From: Prionailurus viverrinus
Taxonomy: Eukaryota
Length of the DNA: 64,000 nt
Reading direction: 5' to 3'
NCBI RefSeq assembly: GCF_022837055.1
Contig: NC_062576.1
Location: 18,222,144 to 18,286,143 of the forward strand
Of the stretch, positions 37,651-48,414 are shown piece after piece. The notes under the pieces were generated by a model. That model had not been told where the DNA came from. It worked only from the letters and a program-made list of their open reading frames with translations, and searched no databases. Within the stretch, counting starts at the first letter, position 1; the number at the start of each line of letters is the position of its first letter. A program made the position numbers and the translations under genes.

Positions 37651-38144
37651 ACAAGTGGCCTCTACAGCAGGGAGTGGAGGGACCCTCTTTGCAGCTTAGT
37701 GAGGTCACTTCTCTCTCAAGACTTTACTTTCTTCACGGGAACCATGAAGGGTGAACAGAAAAGCACTGTTCACATTTGCTTTTGTGGTAAAACCCTTTGT
37801 TCAAATGAAACCACCATCTACCCAAGGCGTAAATGAGGAGACAGAGAATATTTTTTTCTTAACAGGAAAGAGATCTGCTATCATTTGGAAATACATTTTG
37901 AAAAATCAGTGATGGGAGTCAAGGGGCAGATTCTCCCCCCTGGGGTGTGAATTTGCACCAGGATTTAAGAGGCTTTGTCTGAGAGAGGAAATAGTGCTCT
38001 GAGCAGGGGCCCCTTGAGACAAGGGTTGGGGGGTATGAGAGCTCACACTGTTCCTGCCTCCTGAGGTGGGCTCCCCCTCCCCCTTCCCCTCCACACACCC
38101 TCATTCCCCACCCTGTCCATTCTCCACTTTTAAGAGTGGAACGA

Positions 38145-38369
38145 GGGGCGCCTGGGTAGCGCAGTCGGTTAAGCATCCGACTTCAGCCAGGTCACGATCT
38201 CGCGGTCCGTGAGTTCGAGCCCCGCGTCGGGCTCTGGGCTGATGGCTCAGAGCCTGGAGCCTGTTTCCGATTCTGTGTCTCCCTCTCTCTGCCCCTCCCC
38301 CGTTCATGCTCTGTCTCTCTCTGTCTCAAAAATAAATAAACGTTAAAAAAAATAAATAAAAAAAAAAAA
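38145..38369 (+). mobile_element. Young CAN-SINE (CpG-intact), flanked by an AAGAGTGGA direct repeat; near-identical to the copies at 32056 and 60631
   Basis: GGGGCGCCTGGGTAGCGCAGTCGGTTAAGCATCCGACTTCAGCCAGGTCACGATCTCGCGGTCCGTGAGTTCGAGCCCCGCGTCGGGCTCTGGGCTGATGGCTCAGAGCCTGGAGCCTGTTTCCGATTCTG... Confidence 0.85.
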
Positions 38370-39424
38370 GAGTGGAGAAACCACTCGGTGGCTTCCCTCA
38401 CCTTCAGGAGGAATCCAAACTCCTGACCACAGCCTCCCAGGCCCTGTACTACCTGCCCGGCGGCTGCTGCCCACACCTCCCCTCCCGCTGGCAGCCACAC
38501 TTCCCAGCAGCCACCCTGCCCTCCCGCACACTGTTCCGCACACTTCCTGCTCAGGGTTTGCGTACCGTTCCCTCACCAGGTCCAGTCTTCTCCCAAACGT
38601 CTGTAGTCTCTCCATCACTTTGGTGAGGTCTTCACAAATGTTACCCGTGGAGAGGGGGGCCTCCCAGGCAGAGAGACAGCTTTCCCAGCCCTTCTCCTGG
38701 TTCACTCTGCCTCATTTCCTCCTGGCCTGGCCCATGGGAACGAGTTGTTCAATTGTCCGACCCCCCACCCTGCAGTGAAAGCTCCAGCACTACGATTTGA
38801 CCCTTCCTCTGTGACTGTCTGTCCAGCATCTAGGACGGTTCCTCCAACATACAGATGCTGCATAAATGTGCTGAGTGAGTCGCTTTGCCAAGGGGCAGGG
38901 AAGACAGCAAGAGAATGAGTGTCAGCTGCCCTGCCATAGCAGAAAGCTTGGGGAGGTTTTGGACTTCGCAGCCTTGGGACTGGGCAGGGATGACCTTCAC
39001 TGCCTGTAGGACTGGGGAAGGTCGGCCCCCAGGGGACACATGGGCAAAATGTGACAAGTTCAAATGGGAGCAATGGAACTGGACCTGATGGCATACCAAC
39101 ATTAGCTGCACAGTGGTCTAGCTGGTCTCTGGGACCCACAGGCGATGAGCCCTGAGACCCCTGCCACTGGAATAAAGTCCTCTCTTTACACTCTGGAGAG
39201 GAGATGGAGGGCCTGCTGGGGGGAACCAGGGACCAGTCTATGGGCATCGGGGAGACTCTGACTCTCTGCATAGGTGGGGCCAGTGCATCAGAGTGAACCT
39301 ATGACAAGTGTGATGGTCTCCCCCTGAGGGTCCCAGATGTGTCATGTATGGAAATATGAGGGTATTTTCCTAAGGCATTCACTGCAGACCTCTCTGGGCT
39401 ACCATATTTTTTTTCTTAATCTTT

Positions 39425-39610
39425 TATTTATGTTTAGAGAGAGAGAGAGAGAGAGAGAGAGTGAGTGGGGAAGGGGCGGGGGGTGGAAACAGAATCTGAA
39501 GTAGGCTCCAGGCTCTGAGCCATCAGCAGAGCCCGATGCAGCTCTCGAACCCACGAGTGGTGAGATCACTATTGGTCCAATTCTTAACCAACTCAGTCAC
39601 CTGGATGCCC
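39425..39610 (-). mobile_element. CAN-SINE, antisense; right flank of the copy-B-specific block and start of the ZG16 duplicon
   Basis: (GA)n...GAATCTGAAGTAGGCTCCAGGCTCTGAGCCATCAGCAGAGCCCGATGCAGCTCTCGAACCCACGAGTGGTGAGATCAC...CTGGATGCCCC. Confidence 0.85.
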
Positions 39611-41182
39611 CTGAGCTGCCATCTTTGATATCCAGTGTTTGGTTCCATCCTGTGGGATATACTCCTCATAAGGAAGAGGAAAGACAGACAATAGTGAGAG
39701 AAGACAGAGGAAAGATTTAGAGAGAGAGCTTGGAGGAGGAGAAGAGACAAAGAGAAGAGGCAGAAGGAAAAAGGGATGGAGACAGTGAATACAAAGAACC
39801 CTTAGAGCAGGAGATGATGGGGAAAGATCAAGACAAACGGAAAGAGAGAAGTAGGAAAGAAAGAAAACCAGAGAGGACAAGAGAGACAAAACAAAACAGA
39901 TGAATGAGGAAGTTATCTCACCAGGACATGCTTGTTTTGAACTTGAAGCAGAGATCAGACAATGCAACCCTGGCTGCCCTCTTTGCTCTCGGAATCTCCA
40001 GACCAAGAGCCCTGTCCTATTTCTGGCTCCTTAGGTTGGGGTTCCCTGGCTTTCCTGGGAGGAGTCCTCAGTCCTAGATGGTCTATGAGGGGTGGATATT
40101 CTGTTTGTCCAGCTACTAGTCATTAATCACCAAGGCTAATGACTCCAGCTCTTCCCTGGGCTCCATCCATCTCTCTGCTTGGGAGGGCCCGCTGACTCAG
40201 AGGGTCAAAGAGCCAGTCCTAAAGGGGTCAGGAAGTAGGACTCAGGAGTCCGTCTAGAGACTCCGGTGGAACAGAAGGGCCTCGGAAGAGAAGAAATCTA
40301 TGACACGAATCTAAGGCCTATGGGAAGGAGCTGTTGCCCCGTGTGGGCTTTATCCTCCAGAAGATTCAGTCATGGCTCCCAGGAGCCCCGAGGGCCTTGA
40401 GACCAGAATTTCCCCCAAGGGAGGAACCATGTACCGTTACTTCCTCAGCGTCTCACATGCCTATTGGCCTGACTGCCTGTCTCCCAGGCGGGAGATTGAC
40501 AGGTGTTCGTTGTCCACCAGCAGCAACACGTTACCCTTCTCAGAAAAGTTTTGTAAACAGTCTGGCAGATTGAGGATGGATAGATGGGGGGGAGGGGGGG
40601 GCAGAAAAAGGCAAGTACAGCAAAGTATTAACCATGGTAGAATCTATGTGGTGTGTATATGAGTGTTCACTGTATAATTCTTTAAATATTTCCTATGTTT
40701 GAATTTGTTTTTTTCATATAAAATAACCGGGATGAGAAGGAAAAAAATTGTCTGGAAAATAGTAGACACTCCTAAGTACAGAGTGTTGGGTGTATCATCC
40801 CTTCCCAGAAGAATCTAGATTTCAAATGCAGGACAGTGAGGACAAGGTTTCTCCTGAAAGATGACAGATTGCAGGTAGGAGCACCTGCAGAACACCCAAA
40901 TAGGGGGGTGACAACCTTAGACTACATCCAGAAGCACTTAGCTACTTTGCCCACCAAAAGCTGCTGGCCCTTGGGTTGGTGACCTTTTCTCAAGTTTATT
41001 CTGCCCATCCTGAGATCTGGGCCTTGGCCCAGATTGGACCCCACCCTGCCACATGAAACTCTTGGGGGGAGAGCAGGATATGGTATTCCAGACCTTGCCT
41101 GACCACTGACCCTAGAGGCTGAGCATGTTTGCTCAGGTGGTGAGGCCACACGATAAAGAGAAGGCAGAGGGCTTGGACCTGG

Positions 41183-41190
41183 TATAAAAG
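41183..41190 (+). promoter_or_regulatory. TATA box (TATAAAAG) of ZG16 copy 2
   Basis: Same TATAAAAG...CCAG|GTGAGGGG arrangement as copy 1; the non-coding first exon is about 41214-41234. Confidence 0.55.
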
Positions 41191-42163
41191 ACCTGGAAGT
41201 TTCCAGGTGATTACTTTGCACCTGGAACTGCCAGGTGAGGGGTGACAGAGGCCTGGGCTAAGGGGTGAAAGGGATGATTGGATTTGAGTTTCGGGGGAAT
41301 TCAAGCAGCGGTGGACAGCAGCCTGCCTGGAGTGAGCGGCAGGGGAGACCTGTGTGGCAGGTACCTGGGGCATCTGAGGGAGGTGCAAAGTATCTGGGTC
41401 TCAGAGGAAGGACGGGAGACACCTGGGATGCTCGGGGTATCGATACAGCCAGATTTGTGTTAGTGGAGAAAGAATTATGACAAATAGACCAGGCATCTGG
41501 AATCTGGTATCTTGAGCTGTGGTCCAAACTCGTTGTGCAGTTTCTCAACTGTTCCGATGCTGGTATTGGCACAGTCTCGTCTATAATCACCCTCACTGCC
41601 TGGGTGACACAGAGACGCACCCCTAAAATGCTCCTTTCCTTCTGATTTGAGACCCAGCTAAAGCTAGGAATTTAAACTCTGCCCCAGAGGTCCCCCAAGC
41701 CAGCCCCATGTGTCACAGGCAGGTTGCAGTTAGGTTTTGCTCAGAATCCTGGTTTGGTAAACTCAACCATCTCTATGGTTTGGAGATGGCCTCCACTTCT
41801 TTGAAACTCTTTTCCTGCTTTGTGCCAGGAGGGACCAGGACTTACATGGGTTGGTCCAGACAGAGGCTTAGGACTGACCTTCTGACTCAGGATGGTCAAC
41901 AAGGGGGTCAACAAGGGGGTCGACTACCTCGAGACCAGGGAGGACAGAGGGGTTAAGGACACCGTACCTGCCAGGAGCAGGACTAGAGACTAGGGGCAAT
42001 TCTTTCTGAGCCCAAGACTGGGTCAATTAGGTCTCAGTTGAGGGACAAAGAGGGCCGAGTCTCAATTGGAGATCTAACCCAGGGAAGCCTGGGTAAATGA
42101 AGTCCAAAGGAAACAGGGTGAATGAACCTTGACGTTCTCCTTTCTTTCCCTTCCAGCCCCAGA

Positions 42164-42218
42164 ATGTTGACCATTGCTCTTCTTGCCCTTGTCTGTGCAT
42201 CAGCCTCAGCCAATGCCA
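42164..42218 (+). CDS. ZG16 paralogue (copy 2) coding exon 1: MLTIALLALVCASASANA plus 1 nt; donor GTAAGT at 42219
   Basis: ATG at 42164 preceded by acceptor CCCTTCCAG at 42148-42156. It is 2 aa different from copy 1. Confidence 0.8.
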
Positions 42219-42402
42219 GTAAGTGAGAGGCCAGGAGCCCAGTATTAATGTCATGGGAAGACAGCTTCCTGCTCTGCCGGTGGCCAAGGCTTGCAGGGGC
42301 TGGCTTGGGGTGGTGGGCGTCGAGTTGTGGGAGGTGTAGGAGTGGTGAGGAGGGACTGGAGCTCTTGAGCTCTCTCCTTCTGACGCCTACTGTCCCCTCC
42401 AG

Positions 42403-42535
42403 TTCAGGCTAGGTCCTCCTCCTACAATGGAGAGTATGGAGGCGATGGAGGTGAGCAATTCTCCCATTCTGGTTACCAGCTGGAGGGCCCCATCACTGCC
42501 ATCCGGGTCCGCATCGACAACAACTACATCATAGG
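42403..42535 (+). CDS. ZG16 paralogue coding exon 2: (I)QARSSSYNGEYGGDGGEQFSHSGYQLEGPITAIRVRIDNNYII(G)
   Basis: Same splice signals as copy 1. It is 133 nt with about 12 nt differences, 8 of them non-synonymous. These include G to D inside the Gly-rich GG loop and RVNRYY to RIDNNY. Confidence 0.8.
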
Positions 42536-43207
42536 GTAAGATTCTTTGTGTGTCTGTGGTTTGGGGGTCATCTCCGATCCTACCACACTGGAAAGTTCTC
42601 AGTCACTTTGGGTCACATCTGTTTCAGTCAACAAGTCCCAGGGACAACTTGGGATGTGAAAGGTATCAGGAGGCTGGGGTCTGAGGCCGGTGCTGCTACA
42701 GCCCTACAGTCCCCAGCGTGCACGTCTTGGGCAAATCTGTAGCACAGCCACTGAGGCGCTGGGAAGCTGGCTACTTTGGCCCCACCTGAGGTGTAGGTCC
42801 CCTCGGGCATCCTCCATCTTGGCTGACACCTCTCCCCAAAACATGTATCCTTCTGATCCTGGGGCAACAGAGTCTCTTCCCTCATGAAAGCCATCCAGAA
42901 AGGCCCATCTGCTTCTTCCACGTAGGGGTTGGGGGCACAACCGGAACCTAGATTTCAAAGTGAAGCTCTACCACTGTCTGGGGGGCTCCGGCCAAGTTAC
43001 TTTTCCTCTCTGAGCCTATCTGTTGGCAAAAGGAGTTGAAGTTCACAGTGGGACCTCAAGGGCTCCCTCATCCCTCACACACCTTGGGACTGGCAGGGGA
43101 CCTGTCATCTCTGCCACCAGTTTGCAGGTCTCTCGGCTTGTAGGCCAAGAGGTCCTGAATTCCAGTCACCCTGCTCAGTCTTCCCTCCCTCACCAGCCCC
43201 CACCCAG

Positions 43208-43511
43208 CCTCCAGGTGCGCTATGGCAAGGTATGGAGCGACTATGTGGGTGGCACCCAGGGAGACCTGGAGGAGATTTTCCTGCACCCCGGGGAGTCAGT
43301 GATCCAGGTGTCTGGCAAGTACGACTACTACCTGAGGAAGCTCGTCTTCGTGACTGACAAGGGCCGGTACCTGCCTTTTGGGACAGACATAGGCAGGAGT
43401 TTCAGTGCTGTCCCCTTGTACCACAACACCGTACTACGATTCATTAGTGGTCGCGCTGGCACCCTCATCAATGCCATAAGCCTGCACTGGGACTTATACC
43501 GCAGGTATTGA
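43208..43511 (+). CDS. ZG16 paralogue coding exon 3, ending ...HWDLYRRY with stop TGA at 43509-43511; four codons shorter than copy 1 and lacking both C-terminal Cys
   Basis: ORF track 43023..43511. Translation LQVRYGKVWSDYVGGTQGDLEEIFLHPGESVIQVSGKYDYYLRKLVFVTDKGRYLPFGTDIGRSFSAVPLYHNTVLRFISGRAGTLINAISLHWDLYRRY. The splice acceptor is intact. The premature stop arises by substitution (GACTGTGGC to TATTGAACC), not a frameshift. Confidence 0.8.
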
Positions 43512-43577
43512 ACCAGTTGCTGAACCGCTGCAGCCGGCTGTGAGAACCGCCTTACCACTACCCCACCTACAGGGTTC

Positions 43578-43583
43578 AATAAA
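43578..43583 (+). terminator. AATAAA polyadenylation signal of ZG16 copy 2
   Basis: GGGTTCAATAAAAATAATAATAAAAGG is conserved with copy 1. Confidence 0.55.
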
Positions 43584-44728
43584 AATAATAATAAAAGGAC
43601 ATAGCTGACGCTGGAGTGTATGTGGGTGTGTGCAGCTGGGACCCGCCTCCTGACTCTGGCTGTGGATGTGTGAATGTCCTTTCTGGCTATCTATAGATGT
43701 CTTTCTGGTGAAGAGTGGGAGGGAGAGAGAGAGGTGTAAAGTCTTGGGCTTTTCTTCCTGGTTTATGGAGAAGAGATAAGATTCTGGATTGCTCCAACTC
43801 TTTTTTTCAAGGATAGCTCCTGAGACTGTTTACCCAAACTGGAGTTAAGCCTGAGGGTGCAGCCTCGCTTCCTCCCCAAACCCCAGATGTCCCAGTCTCT
43901 AGGCCTTGTCTCCCCTTGAGATAGTGTTTCCCCACCAAAAGGCTGTCACCTGGCTCTCTTGGCATTAACCACTTGCTGTCTCTGGGTGGCCTGGGCCATT
44001 TTCTTTCATGCTTTCCCAGAATCCACCTGTCTCCCGAAGCTTGGCCTAAGTTTTTGTTGAGAACTCTGTCTCTTACTCCAGCCTAGTCCCTCCCCACCTT
44101 TGCCCATAAGCACTGATGCTCCCTGATTAGCTTAGCTCGCTCAGAATTGGGCTTCTTTCCCTAGGAAGCTGCCACCTCCTCAACAGCTTCTATTCTGCCA
44201 ATTCCATCCTCAAAAAAAGGGCATTCCAAGAGGGATAGATGTCCATGGTGGGTTTCCATGAACGTCGGGGGTTGGTTACCATTCAGGGGAAGCAACAGAC
44301 TGGCTGGATAGATTCAGCAAGGATACAGAGTCACTTTGGAAATAATTCTTGGGACTCTAGTGCCCAGTCCTAAAATTACCACAGTGTTTTGTTTTTGCCT
44401 TTTGGTGGTGGTGGTTGGGGATGAGGGAAGTCACTCATTGCTCCCCAAAGACTTATTCACATTATGGTGAATGCCAGAGTCACATTTCTTCCCAATTAGA
44501 CAAAGATAACAATTATGTACATGTAGTTTTAGAAAGGAATATTAACATTACAGAAACAAACTCATGCCTAGATACTTTTTAGAACAATTCCTTTATTTCT
44601 CTCAAAGAAACATGGGATGGAGTATCATGTCAGAGTAATTTGTTTTGAGATATAAAGTACATAAAATTCACCCATTTATTTAGTTATTTAAGTTTATTTG
44701 AGAGAGAGCATGAGCGGCACAGGGATAG

Positions 44729-44749
44729 AGAGAGGGAGGGAGGGAGAGA

Positions 44750-44797
<48 letters not shown>

Positions 44798-44806
44798 CCC
44801 AAGCAG
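44729..44806. repeat. (GGGAGA)n/(GA)n expansion within an antisense SINE; not expanded in the paralogous SINE at about 18230
   Basis: GAGAGAGGGAGGGAGGGAGAGAGAGGGAGAGAGAGAGAGAGAG...(GA)n, about 75 bp, versus GGGGCAAAGAGAAGAGAGACAGAGACAGAGAGAATCC in copy A. Confidence 0.9.
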
Positions 44807-47800
44807 CCTCCACACTCAGTGCGGAGCACAAAGCGGGGCTCGATCTCACAAAGTGTGAGATCATAACCTCAGCTGAAATCCAGAGTCAGCCAGCCATCCG
44901 GGTGCCCCAATATTTGACCTTTTAAAGCGTGCCATTTCCGTCGTTTTTAGTATTCACGGATTGTGCAACCATGACCACTAATGCCAGAATTTCGTCATCA
45001 GCTCAGAAAGAAATCCCATCCCCATTAAGCAGTCGCTCCCCATTCCTCTCCCCCAGCCCCTCGTAACCACCCATCTACTTTCTGTCTCTATGGATTTCCC
45101 TGTTCCAGGCATTTCATGTAGATGGAATCGTCCAGTAGTGTGGTCTTTTGTGTCTGGCTTCTCCCATTTAGCGTATTTTCAAGGTTCATCCACGTGGTAG
45201 CACGTGTCAGGACTTCGTTCCCTTGTGCGGCTGAATCTGACACATCAGATACCTGGTCAACTTCAGGATCAGCTTTGCACCAGCGGGTCTCACCCTCGGC
45301 CAGTGAAGTCACTGGCACCTGACAGGCAGCTGCCGCAGAAGAGGACGAAGTCATGGGATTCCCGGCTTTTGTGTAGTTGACATATTAGGCTTTTGTAAAA
45401 GATTTTATGTAAAGAAAATTTTCCTTTCCTTATAAAGTTCTAAAACTACTAAATTGAGCTAATCATACGTTTATCAAATGCTCTCTGCTAGGTGCTTGGG
45501 AATACAACGACCACTGAAGATTTCTTTTCCTCTAGTCAAAGGGAAGACTTGGTGAAGGAAGGGGTGTGTGTGTGTGTGAGCGTATGCATGTGCATGTGTG
45601 ATAGGGGCACAGTACTGGGCTATGCAGTATCAGCCTATGCAGAAATATGAACACATTAAAATGACAATTGCACAGTTAAAATGCAAAGTTCTACTGGGTA
45701 AAGATGAAGCCTCATGGAATGGCAGGGACCATGCATGTCATGCTAAACTGTTGAAACTTTATTTTATGGGCTACAAGAAGCCAATGAACCAAGATTTTGC
45801 TCAGGGGATTGGTAAGATTTATACGAAAATCATCTTTCCTTGTATAAGTGGGGAAAATGGATTGAAGGTGAAGCAGGATGAGATAATAGTTAAGAGACTA
45901 GGTCTAGATCAGAAATGATGGATGTCTGAACAAAGGCAGTGATGTGAGGGAAAAAAGAGAGGGAGGAATTTGAGAGATTCGAGGGGGAGGGGAGACTTAG
46001 AAGAACTTGATAAAAGAACCCATGAAGGTGAGTCAAAGAGGAGAGTCTAGAAGAACTATCATGTCTAGTATGGGCAACTGGGAAGAGAGAGATTCTTTCT
46101 AAGATGAGGACTACAGAAGAAGAAATTAGCTTTTGGACCTGTTGCATTTTTAAATAATATTTATTTTGAGAGGGAGGAAGAGAGAGAAAGAGAGCAAGAG
46201 AGTGGAGTAGCAGGGAAGTGAGAGAGAGAGAATCCCAAGCAGGGTCCGTGCCTCTAGTGCAGAGCTTTATGCAAGGCTCGATCTCACAAACCTGAGATCA
46301 TGACCCGAGCCGAAATCAAGAGTCAGACGCTTAACTGACTGAGCCAGACAGCTGCCCCAAGGACCTGTTGCATTTTGACATATCTGTGGCACATCCTGAT
46401 GGAGACCCAACATTACACAGAGGACTATTTAGCAATAAAGGCTCGGATACAGCTTTCAGGTAAGCCTTAGATTCAGGAGTCACAAGCACAGAGACAATGG
46501 ACTTCCAGTGATGGATATGTGGAAGAAGTCACGTAGGAAAACTGTGGGCATATAAAATGAGAAGAAGGCTGGCGTCAGAGGATTGGAGAATACCAAAGAG
46601 GAATTGGTTAGAGAAAAGAGACGGGAGGGGCCGGGGAGGGAACGCACTCAGGGGCAAGAGAGAAATTTCATGGAGCTGTTACTGCCATCTAAGCAAGAAA
46701 AAGAACGACTTGAGATTCTTTGCCTTTGGCAATCAGAAGGTCACGAATAATCCCGAAAGAGCTTCGGGGGATTGGGGGAAGCTGAAACCAGGCTGCAGTT
46801 GGCTAAGGAATGAATGGGAAATGAGGAAATACAGGCAGCAAGACTTGAATATTCCAAGATGTCTGGCTCCAGAAAGCCAGAAAATAGGCTAGTCACAGTT
46901 ATGGGAGATGTAAGGAAAGAGAGATTGGGTTTTTTTCCTAGACAGGGGAGACGTGAGCATGTTTATATGACAAAGAAGGAGTCAGAGGGAGGAAGAGGCT
47001 GAGGATTCAGGAAAGAGGAGGGAACTGATGGAACGAGGTCTCGCAGGAGATTGGGGAGGATGTGTTACGTAGCTGTTGGGGCAGGAAACCTTAAGAAAGA
47101 AGAAAATGAAGATGAGTGAAGGTACAGGTTAGTTTGTAGAGGGAGTGGGTATGGAGCAAACCTTGAGGGAATTAATACCCAACCTTGACTTGTTCGGTTG
47201 CATAAGTAAACCTGCCTGTTGTATGAGTCACATTCTTCCAGAGGAAAACCAGCAGGAGACATACGTACATATATACATAAAGAGTTTTTTTTTTTATGTT
47301 TTTATTTATTTAAATGCTTTATTTTTGTGAGAGAAGGAGAAAGAGCACAAGAGGAGGAGGGGCAGAGAGAGAGAGAGAGAGAGAGGAAGACAGAATCCGA
47401 AGCAGGCTCCAGCTGTCAGCACAGAGCCCACTCAGGGCTTGAACTTGTGAACCGCAACATCATGACGTGAGCTGAAGTCGGACGCTTAACCAACTGAGCC
47501 ACCCAGGTTCCCCTTTAAGATTTTATTTTTATTTATTTATTTACATTTTTAACACTTATTTATTTTGAAAGGGGTGGGGCAGAAAGAGGGAGACAGAATC
47601 CATATCAGGCTGCAGGCTCTGAGCTGTCAGCACAGAGCGGGACTTGGGGCTTGAACTCATGAACCGCGAGATCGTGACCTGAGCAGAAGTTGTACACTTA
47701 GCCACTGAGCCACCCAGGTGCCCTTAAGATTTTATTTTTAAGTCATCTCTACCCCCAGTGTGGAGCTTGAACTCACCACCCCAAGATCAAGAGTTGCCTG

Positions 47801-48414
47801 CTCTAGTGACTGAACTAGCCAGGTGCCCCTATACATGAAGAGATTTACTGCAAGGGATCGGCTCCTCAACCGTGGAGGCGGGTGAGGCCAATGTGACGTC
47901 TGTAAGGCAGGCTGACAGTCTGGAAACTCCTGGGCAGGAGCGGGTGCTGCAGTCCAGAGGCGGAATTTACTCTTCCTAAGGGAAACCCCAGTTTTGCCTT
48001 TTCTTCCTTGTAAATTAATTTATCATCAAAATTTACACTCATAGTAACTTAATTTTCTTTAGAAATTCTTTTTCCAGTTTTATTGAAGTATAAATGGCAA
48101 ATAAAATTGTAATGTTTAAGGTGTACGGCGTGATGATTTGATACCTTGTGAAAGAACTCCCACAATCAAGTTCATTAACACATCCATCGCCTCAGAGTTA
48201 GCTTAAAAAATTTTTTTTATGGAAGAATAATTGACATACAATATTGTATTAGTTTCAGGTATACAACACAGTGATTCAATATTTATATACATTATGAAAT
48301 GATCACCATCTGTCACCATATAAAGTTGTTACAATATTATTAACGATATTCCCTATACTGTATATTATATCCCTATATCTTATTTACTTTATCAATTGTT
48401 ACTCTTTTATATTA

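Larger units (their letters stand above)
31720..47740. repeat. Segmental duplication copy B, carrying ZG16 copy 2
   Basis: See copy A. The offset between copies is about 26.5-27.6 kb. Divergence is about 1-5% in unique intronic and intergenic sequence and about 9% in ZG16 coding exons. Confidence 0.85.

Noticed and set aside
38702-39271. 189-aa minus-strand ORF in the copy-B-specific block
   Set aside because: Pro- and Gly-rich with no recognisable motif, splice context or polyA signal. It has no counterpart in duplicon A. Most likely non-coding.
4380-47740. Possibility that the ZG16 tandem duplication is an assembly artefact (uncollapsed haplotypes)
   Set aside because: Paralogue divergence of 1-5% in introns and 9% in exons, copy-specific 5 kb and 3.7 kb indels, and a copy-specific young SINE are far beyond allelic variation. 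It is still worth confirming with long reads.
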